Positions 1-12,879 of a stretch of DNA of 64,000 nt are shown piece after piece. How positions within the stretch are numbered: the stretch's first letter is position 1; each line of letters opens with the position of its first letter. The stretch spans positions 2,868,259-2,932,258 of the forward strand of contig CAVNZM010000002.1 in NCBI GenBank assembly GCA_963693365.1, given 5' to 3'. A program made the translations under genes and the position numbers. The stretch comes from Amoebidium appalachense. Taxonomy: Eukaryota > Protista > Ichthyosporea. The notes beneath the pieces were generated by a model that did not search any database, was not told where the DNA came from, and saw only the letters and a program-made list of their open reading frames with translations.

Positions 1-593
1 TCCAGTGTTCGCTGTGTGTGTAAGGAAAAATACGAGTCGCCTCAGTAGGTGACAGTTTCAAGTGCAGGCCACCCTACTGAGGGAAGAAAAGGGCTGAAGG
101 GACAGACCGTAACTGTAGAAGGACCAAGACACAAAACCTGATTTCAATTTGAAAGGGGGGCTTTTACAGTTAAAAATCAAATAGTTTTTAAAAAGATATG
201 AACCATTTGAGTTTTCGGTATAAACTCTTACACTTGCACATTGGCAACAACCCCCCTGCAATTGCAAACATTAGATTGCGGTTATGGGCGGCAATCATGC
301 GACCGTTGGTGTTAGGAAACACTTCGGTGCGGCTGCCGGGGCTGGCCTTTCCGGTTTCAAACGGTTTAGTTTTTTTCTTCCATAAGGCTCCAGGGTTCCT
401 TGATATTTTTCGTTTTTTAGGTTTATTAAAAGAAGAAAGAAATTTCAAGTTATACGAGTTATTTTTCATTACTTTCCGGTTTTCTTCATCCCAGCTCTAG
501 CAGTACAGATTCGGAACTCTTTGCTCGATTTCTTGTTTGAGCTACTTTCCAGCGAGCACAAGCGCACCATAATTGTAGAGAAAAGAAAAGAAA

Positions 594-2212
594 ATGCCGC
601 GCACAGCAGCGTCTATTGTGTGGGAACACTTTACGGTTGAACAGCAACCAGACGGCAAGCAGACAGCAACATGCAATTTCTGCAAACGCGCACATGCCGT
701 AAACGTGACACGCCTGCGCCAGCACTTGATTGATGACTGTCCCGACTGCCCAACTGAGACAAAGGAGGCACTACAGGATGATCCGGGCAAATACCAGAGG
801 GCAAACCGGGTGGAGGTACGCATCCCAATTGTTTTTGTCAATCTATTTTGTTAACCTAATACTTTGTTGTGTTGCCGGAGTGTGTAAAATCTTTAGACAT
901 CTACTTGGTGGATGGGTTTTACAGCCGCTTTATTGGCGTTTCTTGGGTGCTTGTCAAAAAGCTTATCAATCGGTCTAAGGTAAGCATTTGTTTAATGCGA
1001 TTTGGACTGGATGTTTGGAGCTGTGCAAATATTTTAGAGAGTTGTGCAAACGTCTGTTTTGCGAAATGTTTAGCTCCTGCTACACAGAACTCGTTAGCTC
1101 TTTTTCGTAAGGGGTCCCGGCTTACAAATTGTGTATGGCAGAAAATATACTAACAAGGAGTACCCCTGTCATATGCTGTTATCTGTAGCAACTTGACTTG
1201 GCAATGTGGTTTGCCTGTGTTGCCCCTAGTACCATCACCTCTTTCTTTCCCATGCTAGTTTTGGTGCACTGGCCTTGAAATACTTGTTTGACCAATCCCT
1301 CTTGTTTAAGCGTCTCTGTATATTTCTATGTTTGTGTTTTGTCGGGCCTAATATATCCACTACACATGAACTAATACGTGTTCAAAGGCAACTGTGGAGG
1401 TAACGACAGGATTCTTAGTCTTTGCTTTCTTACCTTTGCTTAAACCACTTCCAGTGTGTGCGGCCATGTGTCCCTATCTCCTTGTGTGTTTTCTTGTGTC
1501 GTCTTGCATGAACGAGGGAAGGGTGTGTATGTGTGTGTGTGGGGGGGGGGGGGGGGGGGAGGGGGGCGGGAGCGGGGGAGGGGGGGGGGGGTATTGGTGG
1601 TGCTTTTGAAAAGGGACGGGGGGGGTTGTGCTCATGCATGCTTAACGGCCTCCAGTAATGCACTTTACGTCCGTTCAAACACTATAGCCCACGGACCATG
1701 ACCTCACTAACATGTGCACACACACAGGGGGTGCCAACCATGACCCCACAGCTGCCGGAGCAGATCTCGCAGCCCCAGCAGATAATCCCCAACCAGGTGT
1801 TGGCCCCAGAATACAATGCCCCCGTCGTACAGCGGCCAAACCGCCTGCCGGATAAACTCTTCGGAAAGGTAGCTACACCTGTTTTTCCCTTTTCGGTTTC
1901 TTTCTTTCTTCCCTTCCCTCCCCCCCCCCCCCCCCCAACACACACACACACACACAAATGCACGATTTTCATAACCATTCCCCCTCCCCCCCCCCCCCCT
2001 CCACTCACACACCGTCCACACACCCACTCATACCCACTGACTCACACGCGCGCAAGCATGCTTGTACGTAGACACACCACAACCATCAAAACCCCCTGAG
2101 ACCGTGTCTCCCCATACATGTGTTACAGTAACTCCTTTGAGATGGTTGGCCAAGTTCTGTCCTCCTCACATGCAGTTTAGCTGCCTGTGTAGTGCCTTCT
2201 CCCCCCCCCCCC

Positions 2213-2243
<31 letters not shown>

Positions 2244-3435
2244 ACCTGACCCCACCACCTAGCCACCCACCCAGGTATCTGCCCCCATCACCCTTTTTGG
2301 GGCTCCCCCAGGGGGGGGGGGGGGGGGGGGGGGGGCTGGTGTTGTCAAAACAAGCCTGTGTGGAAGTTTCATATGAACTCCTCCGTTCCTGAACCTGCAG
2401 CAAGTCGGATTGATTAAAAGGAGATGCAATTTTAGCTGTTTTTTCAGTGAATGGCGGATCCGTGCATGATATATGTGCAACCAGATCGTTGGGAAGATTG
2501 TAACACCCAATGAGCTCACACCAACGTTTCACATCCTATCAAATCACATATCTCCTGGATTGCATTTGCATCGTTAGGGGATGTGATATGTCTAATGGTT
2601 CTTTAATCGTCGCATTTTTTTTCCCTCTGCTAACATGTGTGTGTGTGTGTGTGTGTCTAGGACGTGCCTATCCCTCCCCGTCCGGATGGTTTCCGCTACA
2701 GTGGTACCTCATCTTCATGGATCCAGATGGAAATATTCGTTGACCCCGTGTGCCCATACAGCAAGTATGTTTTCCAACATCCCAACCCTGTACTTCCATG
2801 CACACACACATACAATCACTTATGTACGTGTGCGAGAGCACACACACCCATATGTTAGCATTCTTTGCCCTGCTGCTATCTCCCCCCCCCCCCCCCCCCC
2901 CCCCCCGCATACAAACCCCCCCAGTCTTCTTTCAGAGGTGTCCTTTCAGGACAGACCACTGTGTGGAGACCGCTTTACTTCCATGCAACCGGGCATGGTT
3001 GCTCTGTGTCGTGCATCTGTAAGCACATACGCATTTTTCACTGCACTGCATTAGTTTGCACACACATATTCACCGTTTTGCTCACCTTGCTTGCATAAGC
3101 AACCCTGCTCGTCTTTGATCAAGACGGGTTGATCCTCCCAGTTCAGTTGATGCTGCTGTCTGAGTTGGAGAGTCGTATATATGCGGGCTAAGGGGTCGAA
3201 ACTCAGACGCAAATGATGACTTGGGCCCTCCCTGAGGATGGGCTCTGCTTATGACGCATACTGTGCGCATGGCTATGTTGCATACTTGAATGTTTGCCTT
3301 TGCAAGTGTCCTTCGTGTATGCGTACTTCGTACCGTGTTTCGCATTCAACCCCCCCCCCCCCCCCCCCCCCCCTCCTTTTCAACCCTCTACTGCACCCAT
3401 CTATACACCCACTCGAGTGTGTGCGTGCATGCATG

Positions 3436-3467
<32 letters not shown>

Positions 3468-3683
3468 CGTGTTCACACATACAGGGCACCCACACAACAC
3501 TCATACACTATTACACATGCGTGTGCGGGTACGCGCACACACATAGACACATATTTGGAAAGAGCACCCACAAACACACACAGTCATGGACGTGCACACA
3601 CACTCGCATTGTCCAGTCTGTCCTCATCTTTGTCGTTCCGTCATTGCTTACTGCTTTCTAGCGTTTGCTCCCACCCAAACCAA

Positions 3684-3714
<31 letters not shown>

Positions 3715-4155
3715 ACCCTCCCCCCCTCCCCATCTCCCTCCCCTTGTTCCCCACAAACTCTTTTACTTGCAATCTGCAGTAGGTCGTTGCTTCTCCTCTC
3801 ATCCACCACAAAATAATATGCTGTACGAGTAAAATAGGACACACTCTAGTACCCATGCTATTCCCTTCAGTAATCCCACACATGGATCAATCGGTAGTAT
3901 TTATAGGTGGAGGATTTCTAATGTGCCTTAACCCACAAATAGTAAAATGGTACTCAAGTGCCACAATGAAACACCCCAGTTTTCCTGCTTCTTGTTTAGA
4001 CAGTACCTATCCAGTTATATATCACATTACCAGTTGTCCACCAGTCCGTATTTACGGCAGCATGATAGAATGCCACTCTCATGACTGTGGCTTGCCAATC
4101 ATGTTAGCTGGCAGCAATATGAAAGGGCACGGGTGCATGCACTGGCGTGTGGTTG

Positions 4156-4196
<41 letters not shown>

Positions 4197-4986
4197 GCGC
4201 ACACACACACACAGGGGGGGCGTGGCTGCACATGAAGAGTGTGGCCATGCACTACCGCGACAAGGTGTCGATCCTCGTGCACATGTTCCCTTTGCCCTAC
4301 CACAACAACAGCTACTACATCTGCCAGGTATACAAGCCCCCTTCCCCCCCCCCCCCCCCCCCCCTCCCTCCCCCCGGCGCCTCGGAGAACTTTCCGATTA
4401 TCTTTCCCAATTCCGCACACACACGAGCGCGTACACACAGATTCTCTCGGGGAATCTGTACAGCTGTGTTACGCCTGCACACTTTGCTTGGATGTTCTGG
4501 GTTTATATTCATGTTTTTAGGGTATGCTCTACTTCCTTCAAGTTCTTTTCCCCGGGGAAAACACATTTCCTTACGACAGGGAAGCAAAAGAAAGGCACCT
4601 CCCCCCCCCCCCCCTTTTCACCCACACCTTCTTCCCAGCTGATTCGTGCCTGCACATTTCTTTTGGCTTCTCTTGTCCGTGTCCATATTTTTGTGGGTTT
4701 CTGTGTGTGTGTGTGTCTGTGTCTGTGTCTGTGTACTCGCACGTCTGTGTGCATGTGCATGCGTATTTGGTACAAACTCTGAACGCACACACGACACACA
4801 CACACACGTGCACACGTACACAGATCGGCACTACGCTTGGCAAGGAGCACACGCGTGCGTTCTTCATCTGGCTGGAGCACATCTTCACCAACCAGGAGTC
4901 CCTGACAAACAAGGCCACCTCCAGCTACAGCCGTGCACAGGTTGCAGCAATGCTGGTTCAAATGGGCGCAGAGGTCGGTTCTTTAT

Positions 4987-5027
<41 letters not shown>

Positions 5028-5308
5028 CTTCTCTTCCCCTGTCCTGTGTCCCCTTTCTCCTCCTTAGGTCTGCGGACGATTGAACCTCCTTGAGGTTGGC
5101 CTATTCTTCTGATGAATATATTGCCCCCCCCCCCCCCCCCCCCCCCTTCTCTCCCGCCCTGTTTTCCTTCCCTTCCCTTCCTCCTTCTCCTCCTGTATAC
5201 ACTATGTCCGCTTCTGTGTTTCGTACTTCTATTAACTGCACACAATCTGTGTCCCCCCCATCCTCCCCCCCCTCCCCCCCCCCCCCTCGAAACAGGCAAA
5301 CACACACC

Positions 5309-5383
<75 letters not shown>

Positions 5384-5776
5384 GAACCCAAAGCCAGCAG
5401 CATTCACATTTCGATAGTCCATCACGGCTTCCACCCGTTTCTTTGCTTATAGGCAAGGCATTCACAACGGTCGTGATTTGTGACGTCATACCGAACCTCT
5501 TTTGATTCCACTTCGCTAAACGCCGAGAATGGCGTATGAATCCGTGATTTCAGTGATAAATGCAGCGTTCTTCTTTTTTGTTGTCCCGTTATTTTTTTTG
5601 GGGGGGGGGGGGGGGGGTAGTTTTTTTCTTACCTTTCTTGCCCACGTCAGATTGGCCTTGGTGAGGAACGTATCAGCCATGCCCTCACCGACCCAGCCAG
5701 CGACCATGGTGCACGTGTCTCCTGGAAATATGGCTGCACGCGTAATACATCCCCCCTCCCCCCCCCCCCCCCCCCC

Positions 5777-5807
<31 letters not shown>

Positions 5808-6442
5808 CACGCACACACAACCACAACCACACCACACCACACCACCCCACTCACTCACTCACTCACTCACTCACACCCACACCCCACTCCACACCACCCC
5901 ACTCCACTCCACTCCACCCCACCCCACCCCACCCCACCCCACCCCACCCCCACCCCACCCCACCCCACCCCACCCCATCCCTCATTTCCTTAACCCATAT
6001 CACATGCGCTCAAATAGAGGGCCTCGGAAAGAGAAAGACGGTGTATATATGTATAGAGAGGAAGCGGTGGGGGTGGGGGGGAGGGGGGGAAAGAGAAGAA
6101 CACACCCACCTTACCATGAAAGCGGGATAATGGAACGTGCTTGTGGCTCATGTCGTTGGATTTGTACTGGTACTCCGTGCTATGCACCACACATTAAAAT
6201 CCCCCCGGTCCCCCCCCCCCTCTTTTTCCCGCACACGCAAGGGCGCGCACGCACACATCATTTCCTTCCAACCCCCCAACTGCCCAGTTGCATCTTTGGC
6301 CCTTGTGTGCATGGTGCTAGTTCTATTTCTGATCCCTCTGGTTTGTCTCTACCCAGGTGGTGTGAGTGGTACGCCCATGTTCCTTGTCAACGGCGTGATG
6401 GTCACGGGCTGTGCTACATGGGACTTGCGCAAGTGGCGCCAG
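594..6442 (+). CDS. Spliced gene: N-terminal BED zinc finger fused to a thioredoxin-fold (DsbA/Thioredoxin_4-like, CPYS monothiol) domain; exons 594-815, 1728-1868, 2661-2764, 4215-4327, 4824-4973, 5651-5741, 6357-6442; last exon/stop not located
   Basis: Exon 1 WEHF..ATCNFC..RLRQHLIDDC is a BED finger. Later exons read PPRPDGFRY..EIFVDPVCPYSK, VHMFPLPYHNNSY, WLEHIFTNQ, RVSWKYGCTR|GVSGTPMFLVNG, matching plant/algal thioredoxin-superfamily proteins from recall. All introns are GT-AG with CTAAC branch points at ~1706 and ~2630. Phases agree except at the G run 4214-4220, which is one G too long (homopolymer error, or a GC donor at 2761). Confidence 0.75.
3004..3349 (+). repeat. Interspersed ~350-bp structured non-coding repeat (copy 1) in intron 3 of the BED-Trx gene, ending in poly-C
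   Basis: Close reverse-complement match to 28364-28727; hairpins TTGCTT-gcat-AAGCAA, CGTCTT-tgatc-AAGACG and CGCA-tactg-TGCG. Confidence 0.85.
3158..3246 (+). ncRNA. Candidate non-circularly permuted hammerhead ribozyme (copy 1)
   Basis: GTCTGAG-T-T (3158-3166) pairs with GAAA-CTCAGAC (3198-3208) = stem III; GGAG (3167-3170) pairs with CTCC before the core CTGAGGA (3232-3238) = stem I; GGGGTC (3192-3197) pairs with GGCTCT (3241-3246) = stem II. Confidence 0.55.
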
Positions 6443-6550
6443 GTATGTCACACTGCGGATCTGCCTTTCTGTTTTTGTTTTGTTTTTTGTTGTCATTTTT
6501 TGTGTGTAGTTTGTGTGTGTGTGTGTCTGTGTGTTTTTTTTTTTGGTGGT

Positions 6551-6586
<36 letters not shown>

Positions 6587-6804
6587 CCGATGTGTATGAT
6601 GGAGGGATGTGTATGTCGTACCATGTTTTTTCCCTTCTTGTAACTTGATGTGGGCATGTGCGTGCACATGGGAGCGGACGTTGGATGATGTTGTCGGTGT
6701 TGTTGGACCTAAAACTCCGCTGGAGGGGGGGAGGGGGGGGGGGTGTAGTCTATGCAACCAAGATTCATAAGCCCACTGGATGATGACCCCCCCCCCCTCC
6801 CCCC

Positions 6805-6835
<31 letters not shown>

Positions 6836-6874
6836 ACACCACCACCACCACCACCACCACTAACACGCGCGAGA

Positions 6875-6975
6875 GGGTAAAGAGTCGAAACCCATGCTTT
6901 TGTGGAGGCTTAGGAACCCCCCTGATGATGGGCTCTGTTCAAGTGTTTTCGGCCTGCACGCTTGAATTGTTTGAT
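6875..6975 (+). repeat. Divergent 5'-truncated member of the hammerhead-like repeat family
   Basis: AGAGTC-GAAA-C ... CCCCC-CTGATGA-TG-GGCTCTG ... CTTGAATTGTTTG occur in the same order as in copy 1; stem II here has A-U pairs where copy 1 has G-U. Confidence 0.5.
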
Positions 6976-7477
6976 TTGGGGTTTCTCGCTTTTGGTTGCC
7001 TGCGGCGTCTGTTTGATGACCCTTGTTTTTCCCACCACACACAGTTGCTTGACCCCCTTCTCGGCATCTCCACCAGTTAGAGAGACATCTCGGTGCAACT
7101 AAAATAGGGATTTTCTTCTCGGAGGGCCAGGATTTGAACTTTGAATGGTGACGTCGGGACCTTGGAGTGCAACCTTCAGAACACTGATATCGCAGCATGA
7201 GTGGTGATTATTTGAATTAATAGTGATTTTTTTATTCATATTTTCAATATCCCTTCGGCATTTTTTGCTTCTACTTTTAGTCTTTTGTAACATATGCGCA
7301 CGATCTACCCACGGCTGCTCTGCACACGCACCCACATGCACGTGCCTTACACTATGACCCCCTCCTCGTGGCTTGCATTTGATTGGTTGGTTAGTTGCAT
7401 AACATCATTAGGTAGAAGTACAATCTCACATCCAGGAAACAGCTTCCTTAGGGTGTGTGTGGTTTTTTTTTTTTTTT

Positions 7478-7525
<48 letters not shown>

Positions 7526-9164
7526 GAAAAGCCGTAACTTAGGGATTGGTTGTGCCGCGCAGTTTTAGCAGTGCAAAAGTGAATCTCGCCTGATTCTGGA
7601 TATATAGGCCCTGAATTTGCCAACTCAATTTTTTCTTACTAGTGGGATTGGAAACGTTACAGGAGCAAAACAGTCTGTGTCCCTCCTGCTTGCATCATTT
7701 ATGCCACAAATAGCCGGCTCATGTATTCCCTTGCTGGGGCTGGTAAAGACGACGTTGGCATAAGAAATAGCTATTGTAAGTGCTCCGTTGCGTTTTTTGG
7801 CGCAGATGAGTGTACCCCTCAACAAATAAAATGATAACATAATGGTGTCATTCGACTGGTGTCTCAACGGAGTCTCGCTGATCAATCACTAATGTCCTGG
7901 GGCCCAGCACGCTGACAGCCGGCCAGCGACGGCCACCCGCCCGCTCACGTTCCAACTGAAGACACACACGTGTGCATGACAAATACTACCCGCATGTACA
8001 GCTGCGGCCACCACCATCCATCCACCCTAGCCATGCATGCACACACACACACACGTGTGTACACATGTGTACACGCACATGTACACACCGACACACAGGG
8101 AGCTAGTATCGTTATCCGATCGCGATTTGGCCGCACTGTTGGCCATTCACCATGGCCAGATGTATGGTTAGGATAACGCTATGCGCTCTGCCAGCCCAGC
8201 ACTTCTTAATAGAGCGTGCACAGCACCAGTTGCATATCCTTTAGAATTAAGCTTGCAAGGGGGGCCGGGCAGCAGTCACGGTGAGCGCGGTACATGTGCA
8301 TGGTTGAACGAAGCGCATGAACAAGTCGACCCCACGAGCACGTCAAACACATCGTGCGATGATCATCATCAACACTTCAGCGTTCGAAATTCGAGCTGGT
8401 CCATCTTCAACAGTATGGCCCCCCTCCCCCTCCCCCGCAAACCAATACTATAGAATAAAAGCTACAACAATACTTCATGTTACTTCTATTACTGTCTGAG
8501 ACATGACCATATCAAAACATTAGAAAAAGATCAATGCATATTTGTTCACCCGTGCCTCAAGCCATCCTGTGACACATCCCAGCCAAGCTCTCGATCCTAA
8601 CGCCCTGTTCGAGCCCTGATCCGATTTTGGGCGTGAGTCAAATATGGGCACGCAAATTTGCCTCTTTTGGTTATATTTTTTCCGTAGGAACTGTTTGATT
8701 GGCTTTTCGGCTTGGAGGGATCGCTGGGGTCTGCAACATGTAGACCCCTTTACAGTATATTTCAGACAAGCTTTTTGGTCTTCCCGAACTAAAGCAAACT
8801 TAGAATATCCGCATGTAAAGCAGCACTAACACTTAAAAACAGGTATGAAAAATGGACATAAAAATTTGATTTCATTGGATTGAAAATTTCTTGTTTCTAA
8901 TGTCCACAAAGTGGTGAGTTGATCCGTCTAATTAACGCCTGGTTCAGTGGAGAGGGCTTTGTAAGTTATGAAAATCAAAACTGCTCTGGAATTCCCGTGT
9001 TTACTGAGTCTGAGCCACTCCCTCACGCAGACCAATAAAACGTTTCAGCGCGCGAAAAAAAATGTACCACTGTGCAGTTCTGTTTTTGTAACAAACGCAG
9101 ACAGTTGTTGGTTGCAGTCCAGCAAAACATAGCTTTTTTCTACGCTTTCTATAACACAGGCAGG

Positions 9165-10389
9165 ATGGCAACAAACGGAAGTGGAAAGTTTCGGGAGTCC
9201 GAAATCCCCAGCACCGTGGGAACATACCTGGCACGTCGCATGATCGATGTTGGGGTCAAGGATTACTTCGTCGTTCCGGGTGATTTCAATCTCATCCTTC
9301 TCGACGAGATCCTTCGTTTCCCCGAACTCCGCCTCATCTCCTGTTGCAACGAGCTCAACGCAGGCTATGCCGCCGACGGTTATGCGCGTGCCGCTGGCTG
9401 CGGTGTGGTTTTCACCACATTCACCGTTGGTTCTCTTTCTGCCATCAATGCCATCGCTGGTGCCTACTCTCAAGATCTCCCAGTCGTACTTGTTGCTGGT
9501 GGGCCTAACACGCTTGACTACGGGTCGGATCGTATTTTGCATCACACCACGGGCGAGGCCAACAGAAGCCAGGAGCTTCAATGCTTCAAGGAGGTAACGG
9601 CTAAAGCTATTGAGGTCCGTAATCCTCTTGAGGCACCGGCGCAGATTGATCTTGCTTTCTCTACCGCCATCAAGGAGAAGAAGCCCGTTTTCCTGTCCAT
9701 CGCCTGCAACATTGCCACGGCGCCTCTGTCCATGCCCATTCCCTTCCACATTGAGGGTGTCCGGGCCAGCAATCCCAACTCCCTCAAGGCGGCTGTTGAC
9801 GTGGTTGCTGACTTGTGGGCCAAGGCCGTCAACCCAGTCATAGTGTGTGGTGTCAAAACCAAGTAGGTATTCCCTGCGTTCTGCTTGCAAGGCATCAGAT
9901 CTTGATGGCATACGAGGTATACCCGTACGTATTGTAGCATATAAACAATGAATGGGGACCTTTTGCTTCTCTATGTTTCTCTTCGGCACATCTACCTCAT
10001 GCAACACCCGCTCTACCACCACCGGTCTCTGATATTTTTTTGTCTCCCATGAACACACGTTCGGCAAGCATGGTTGCCACAAACTCAGCCAGAAGGCAAT
10101 ACCATATACAGTACTCAACCGCTACAAATACAGCCCTAGAGATTGCACACGTCTCATTTCCTGCTATCCACTAATAATTTACTTCCACTTTTTTTTTTCC
10201 CCCCCTCCTTTTTTTTTTTGAATTATCGATTATGCCAAAAAGCAACTGTGTTCTTTCCCTACTAAGCCTGCCCTTTCCAGACCTCTCATGTTCTCGTATG
10301 CTTCCCCACGCACCACCACCACCGTGCCCGCGCGCGCGCGCACACACACACACACACCACCACCACCACCACCACTGCGCACGTACGCG

Positions 10390-10447
<58 letters not shown>

Positions 10448-11697
10448 AACCCACCCCAGCCCCACATATTGGTCTACATGTGCACACACTCGTCGTTCTC
10501 CCATCATTTTTTTTGACCGTTCCCCCCGCTCTTCCCTGCACACAACTCTAATCCCCCAGCTAGAAACCTTACCTGCCCCCCTTTTTTCTAACAATTTTCG
10601 AGGCTGTTGATCAGTCTTTCCTTACTCGACCATCCCCCCCCCCCCCCACCCCCCCCCCACCCCTCCAAACATATACCAGGGCAGGTTCTTCTTTGTGTCC
10701 TTACACCATGTCTCCTCAATCGACCACACACCTTTTATGTCTCCTCCCACTGATCACACCCTAATGCACCACCCCAACCCCCCTCCCTCTTCTTCCCCTA
10801 CCCACTCCCTGTTTCCACCGCCTCCTCCCTAATCAATCCCCCCCCCCCCCCCCCCAGCCTCCCCTCCCCCCCCCCCCCCCCCCCCCCCCCAATATCCCCA
10901 CCACCAAAAACCAAAAAAATTAAAAATTCACAGGCCGTGTGGAGCTATGGATGCAGTTGTCGAGCTTGCCAACGCCGGTGGCTGCGGCACGGCCATCATG
11001 CCGGATGCAAAGGGCATGTTCCCTGAGACCCACCCCAACTTCATCGGCCTGTGGTGGGGGCAGGTTTCCTCCCCAAACACCGCCGCCGTTGTCGACTCCG
11101 CCGATCTTCAGCTGTTCGTTGGCCCAGTTTTCAACGACTACAGCACCGTCGGATACACGTCACTGCTCAAATACAACCACATGGTTCAGATTGGAAAGGA
11201 CCGCGTCAAAACCGCAAAGGGAGAGTTCGGGTGTGTCTACATGGCTGAGTTTGTTCGCGAGCTTGCCAACCGGCTCGTTGTGAAGGATATGTCTCTCAAG
11301 ACATACCGTCGTCTCCAGTCTCACGAACCTGAACGCCCCTACGTTCCTAATACTGAAGGTGCGGCACTTACGACACGAAACATCGACCGGCAGGTGCAAG
11401 GTTTGCTCAGCTCCGACACTGCTTTGATGGTAGAGACCGGTGATTCCTGGTTCCATGGCCAGAAAATGAACCTTCCCGAGGGGTGCCTGTACGAATTCCA
11501 GATGCAGTATGGGTCTATTGGGTGGTCTGTGGGGGCCCTTTTGGGCTATTCCATGGCGCTCCAAGGCAAGAAGAGGTGCATTGCAATGATTGGTGACGGG
11601 TCATTCCAGCTCACGGCCCAGGAGGTGTCGACCATGATCCGCTATGATTTGGACCCAATCATCTTCCTCATCAACAACTTTGGTATGCCCCGACCCC

Positions 11698-11732
<35 letters not shown>

Positions 11733-11979
11733 TCCCCTCCCCTCCTCCCCAATCTCACCTCTCACCCTCCCACACCTACCCTGTTACCCCCCCCCCCCCC
11801 CCCCCTCCCCCCGCCTTTATGACGCGTCCCCCCCCCCCCCCCCCCCCCCCCGATGGGTCCAGGAACCCAACCCTTGATCCATACTGCCCTTTCTTTCGTT
11901 GATACTTTCTTCCATATGTATACTATTTTCTAAACTTCACGTTTTCCTTACACCACTCACCCACTAATATCCTTCCACA

Positions 11980-12013
<34 letters not shown>

Positions 12014-12358
12014 CCTCCCTTCTCTCCCTTTCACTCTCCCTGCAAGGTAACTTTTTTTTCAACCCTACCAAATTCTGGGTTTTCCTTGCGGCCTTTCTGC
12101 TTTCCACCCTACAACAAACTACTAAACACACTACCTTGCCTCCTTGTTTTTTTTTGTTTTTTTTTGATTTGTAGTACAGAAGTCCCAATGCTAACCGCGT
12201 GTTCCTCTGCCCCTCCCCCACCCCCCCCCCCCCCCCCCCCCCTTCCCCCCTCCCCCCCACCTCCCCCCCACACAGACACACACAAATTCTGGTTCCTCCC
12301 TCTTGCACACCACCACCATCCACCATCCACCCACCCTACCCTATGCGGTGCATGATCC

Positions 12359-12393
<35 letters not shown>

Positions 12394-12503
12394 TTCCCCT
12401 CCCCCTCCCCCCCTCCCGCCGGCGTGTGGCTACATCACACAAACACACGCACACACACGCACACACATTCTCATGTACACACACACATGCACACACGCAC
12501 ACG

Positions 12504-12560
<57 letters not shown>

Positions 12561-12876
12561 TACACACACACACATTCCCCCACATCGTTCAGGCTACACT
12601 ATCGAGGTCGAGATCCACGACGGCATCTACAACAACATCAAAAACTGGGACTACGCCGGCCTGGTGACAGTCTTCAGCGCCGGGGAAGGAAACGCTAGGA
12701 GCTGGAAAGTGAAAACGGAGGAAGAATTGGTGAAAGCGGTTGCAGAGGCAAAAGAACACAAGGGGTTGGCCTTTATCGAGTGCATCACCGAGAGAGATGA
12801 TTGCACAAAGGAACTACTCGAGTGGGGCACCCGTGTGTCTGTGGCCAACGGGCGCCAGAGGGATATCCATGGTTGA
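9165..12876 (+). CDS. PDC: Pyruvate decarboxylase (TPP-dependent 2-oxo-acid decarboxylase, plant/Zymomonas-type); exons 9165-9862, 10934-11682, 12593-12876
   Basis: Motifs [56 protein letters not shown] motif [26 protein letters not shown] and ELLEWG; both GT-AG introns are phase-consistent. Confidence 0.95.
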
Positions 12877-12879
12877 GAA

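Noticed and set aside
594-854. hAT transposase or DNA transposon
   Set aside because: Only the BED finger is present; no DDE domain, TIRs or 8-bp TSD seen, and the exon splices toward a thioredoxin domain.
3158-3246. Canonical type I/II/III hammerhead
   Set aside because: Strand order does not fit any circular permutation; only the permuted or dimeric model is retained.
7893-8503. Solo LTR (TGTC..GACA with AATAAA near the end)
   Set aside because: No TSD and no second copy in the window.
9045-10118. 357-aa minus-strand ORF
   Set aside because: Antisense shadow of PDC exon 1 with no recognisable motifs.
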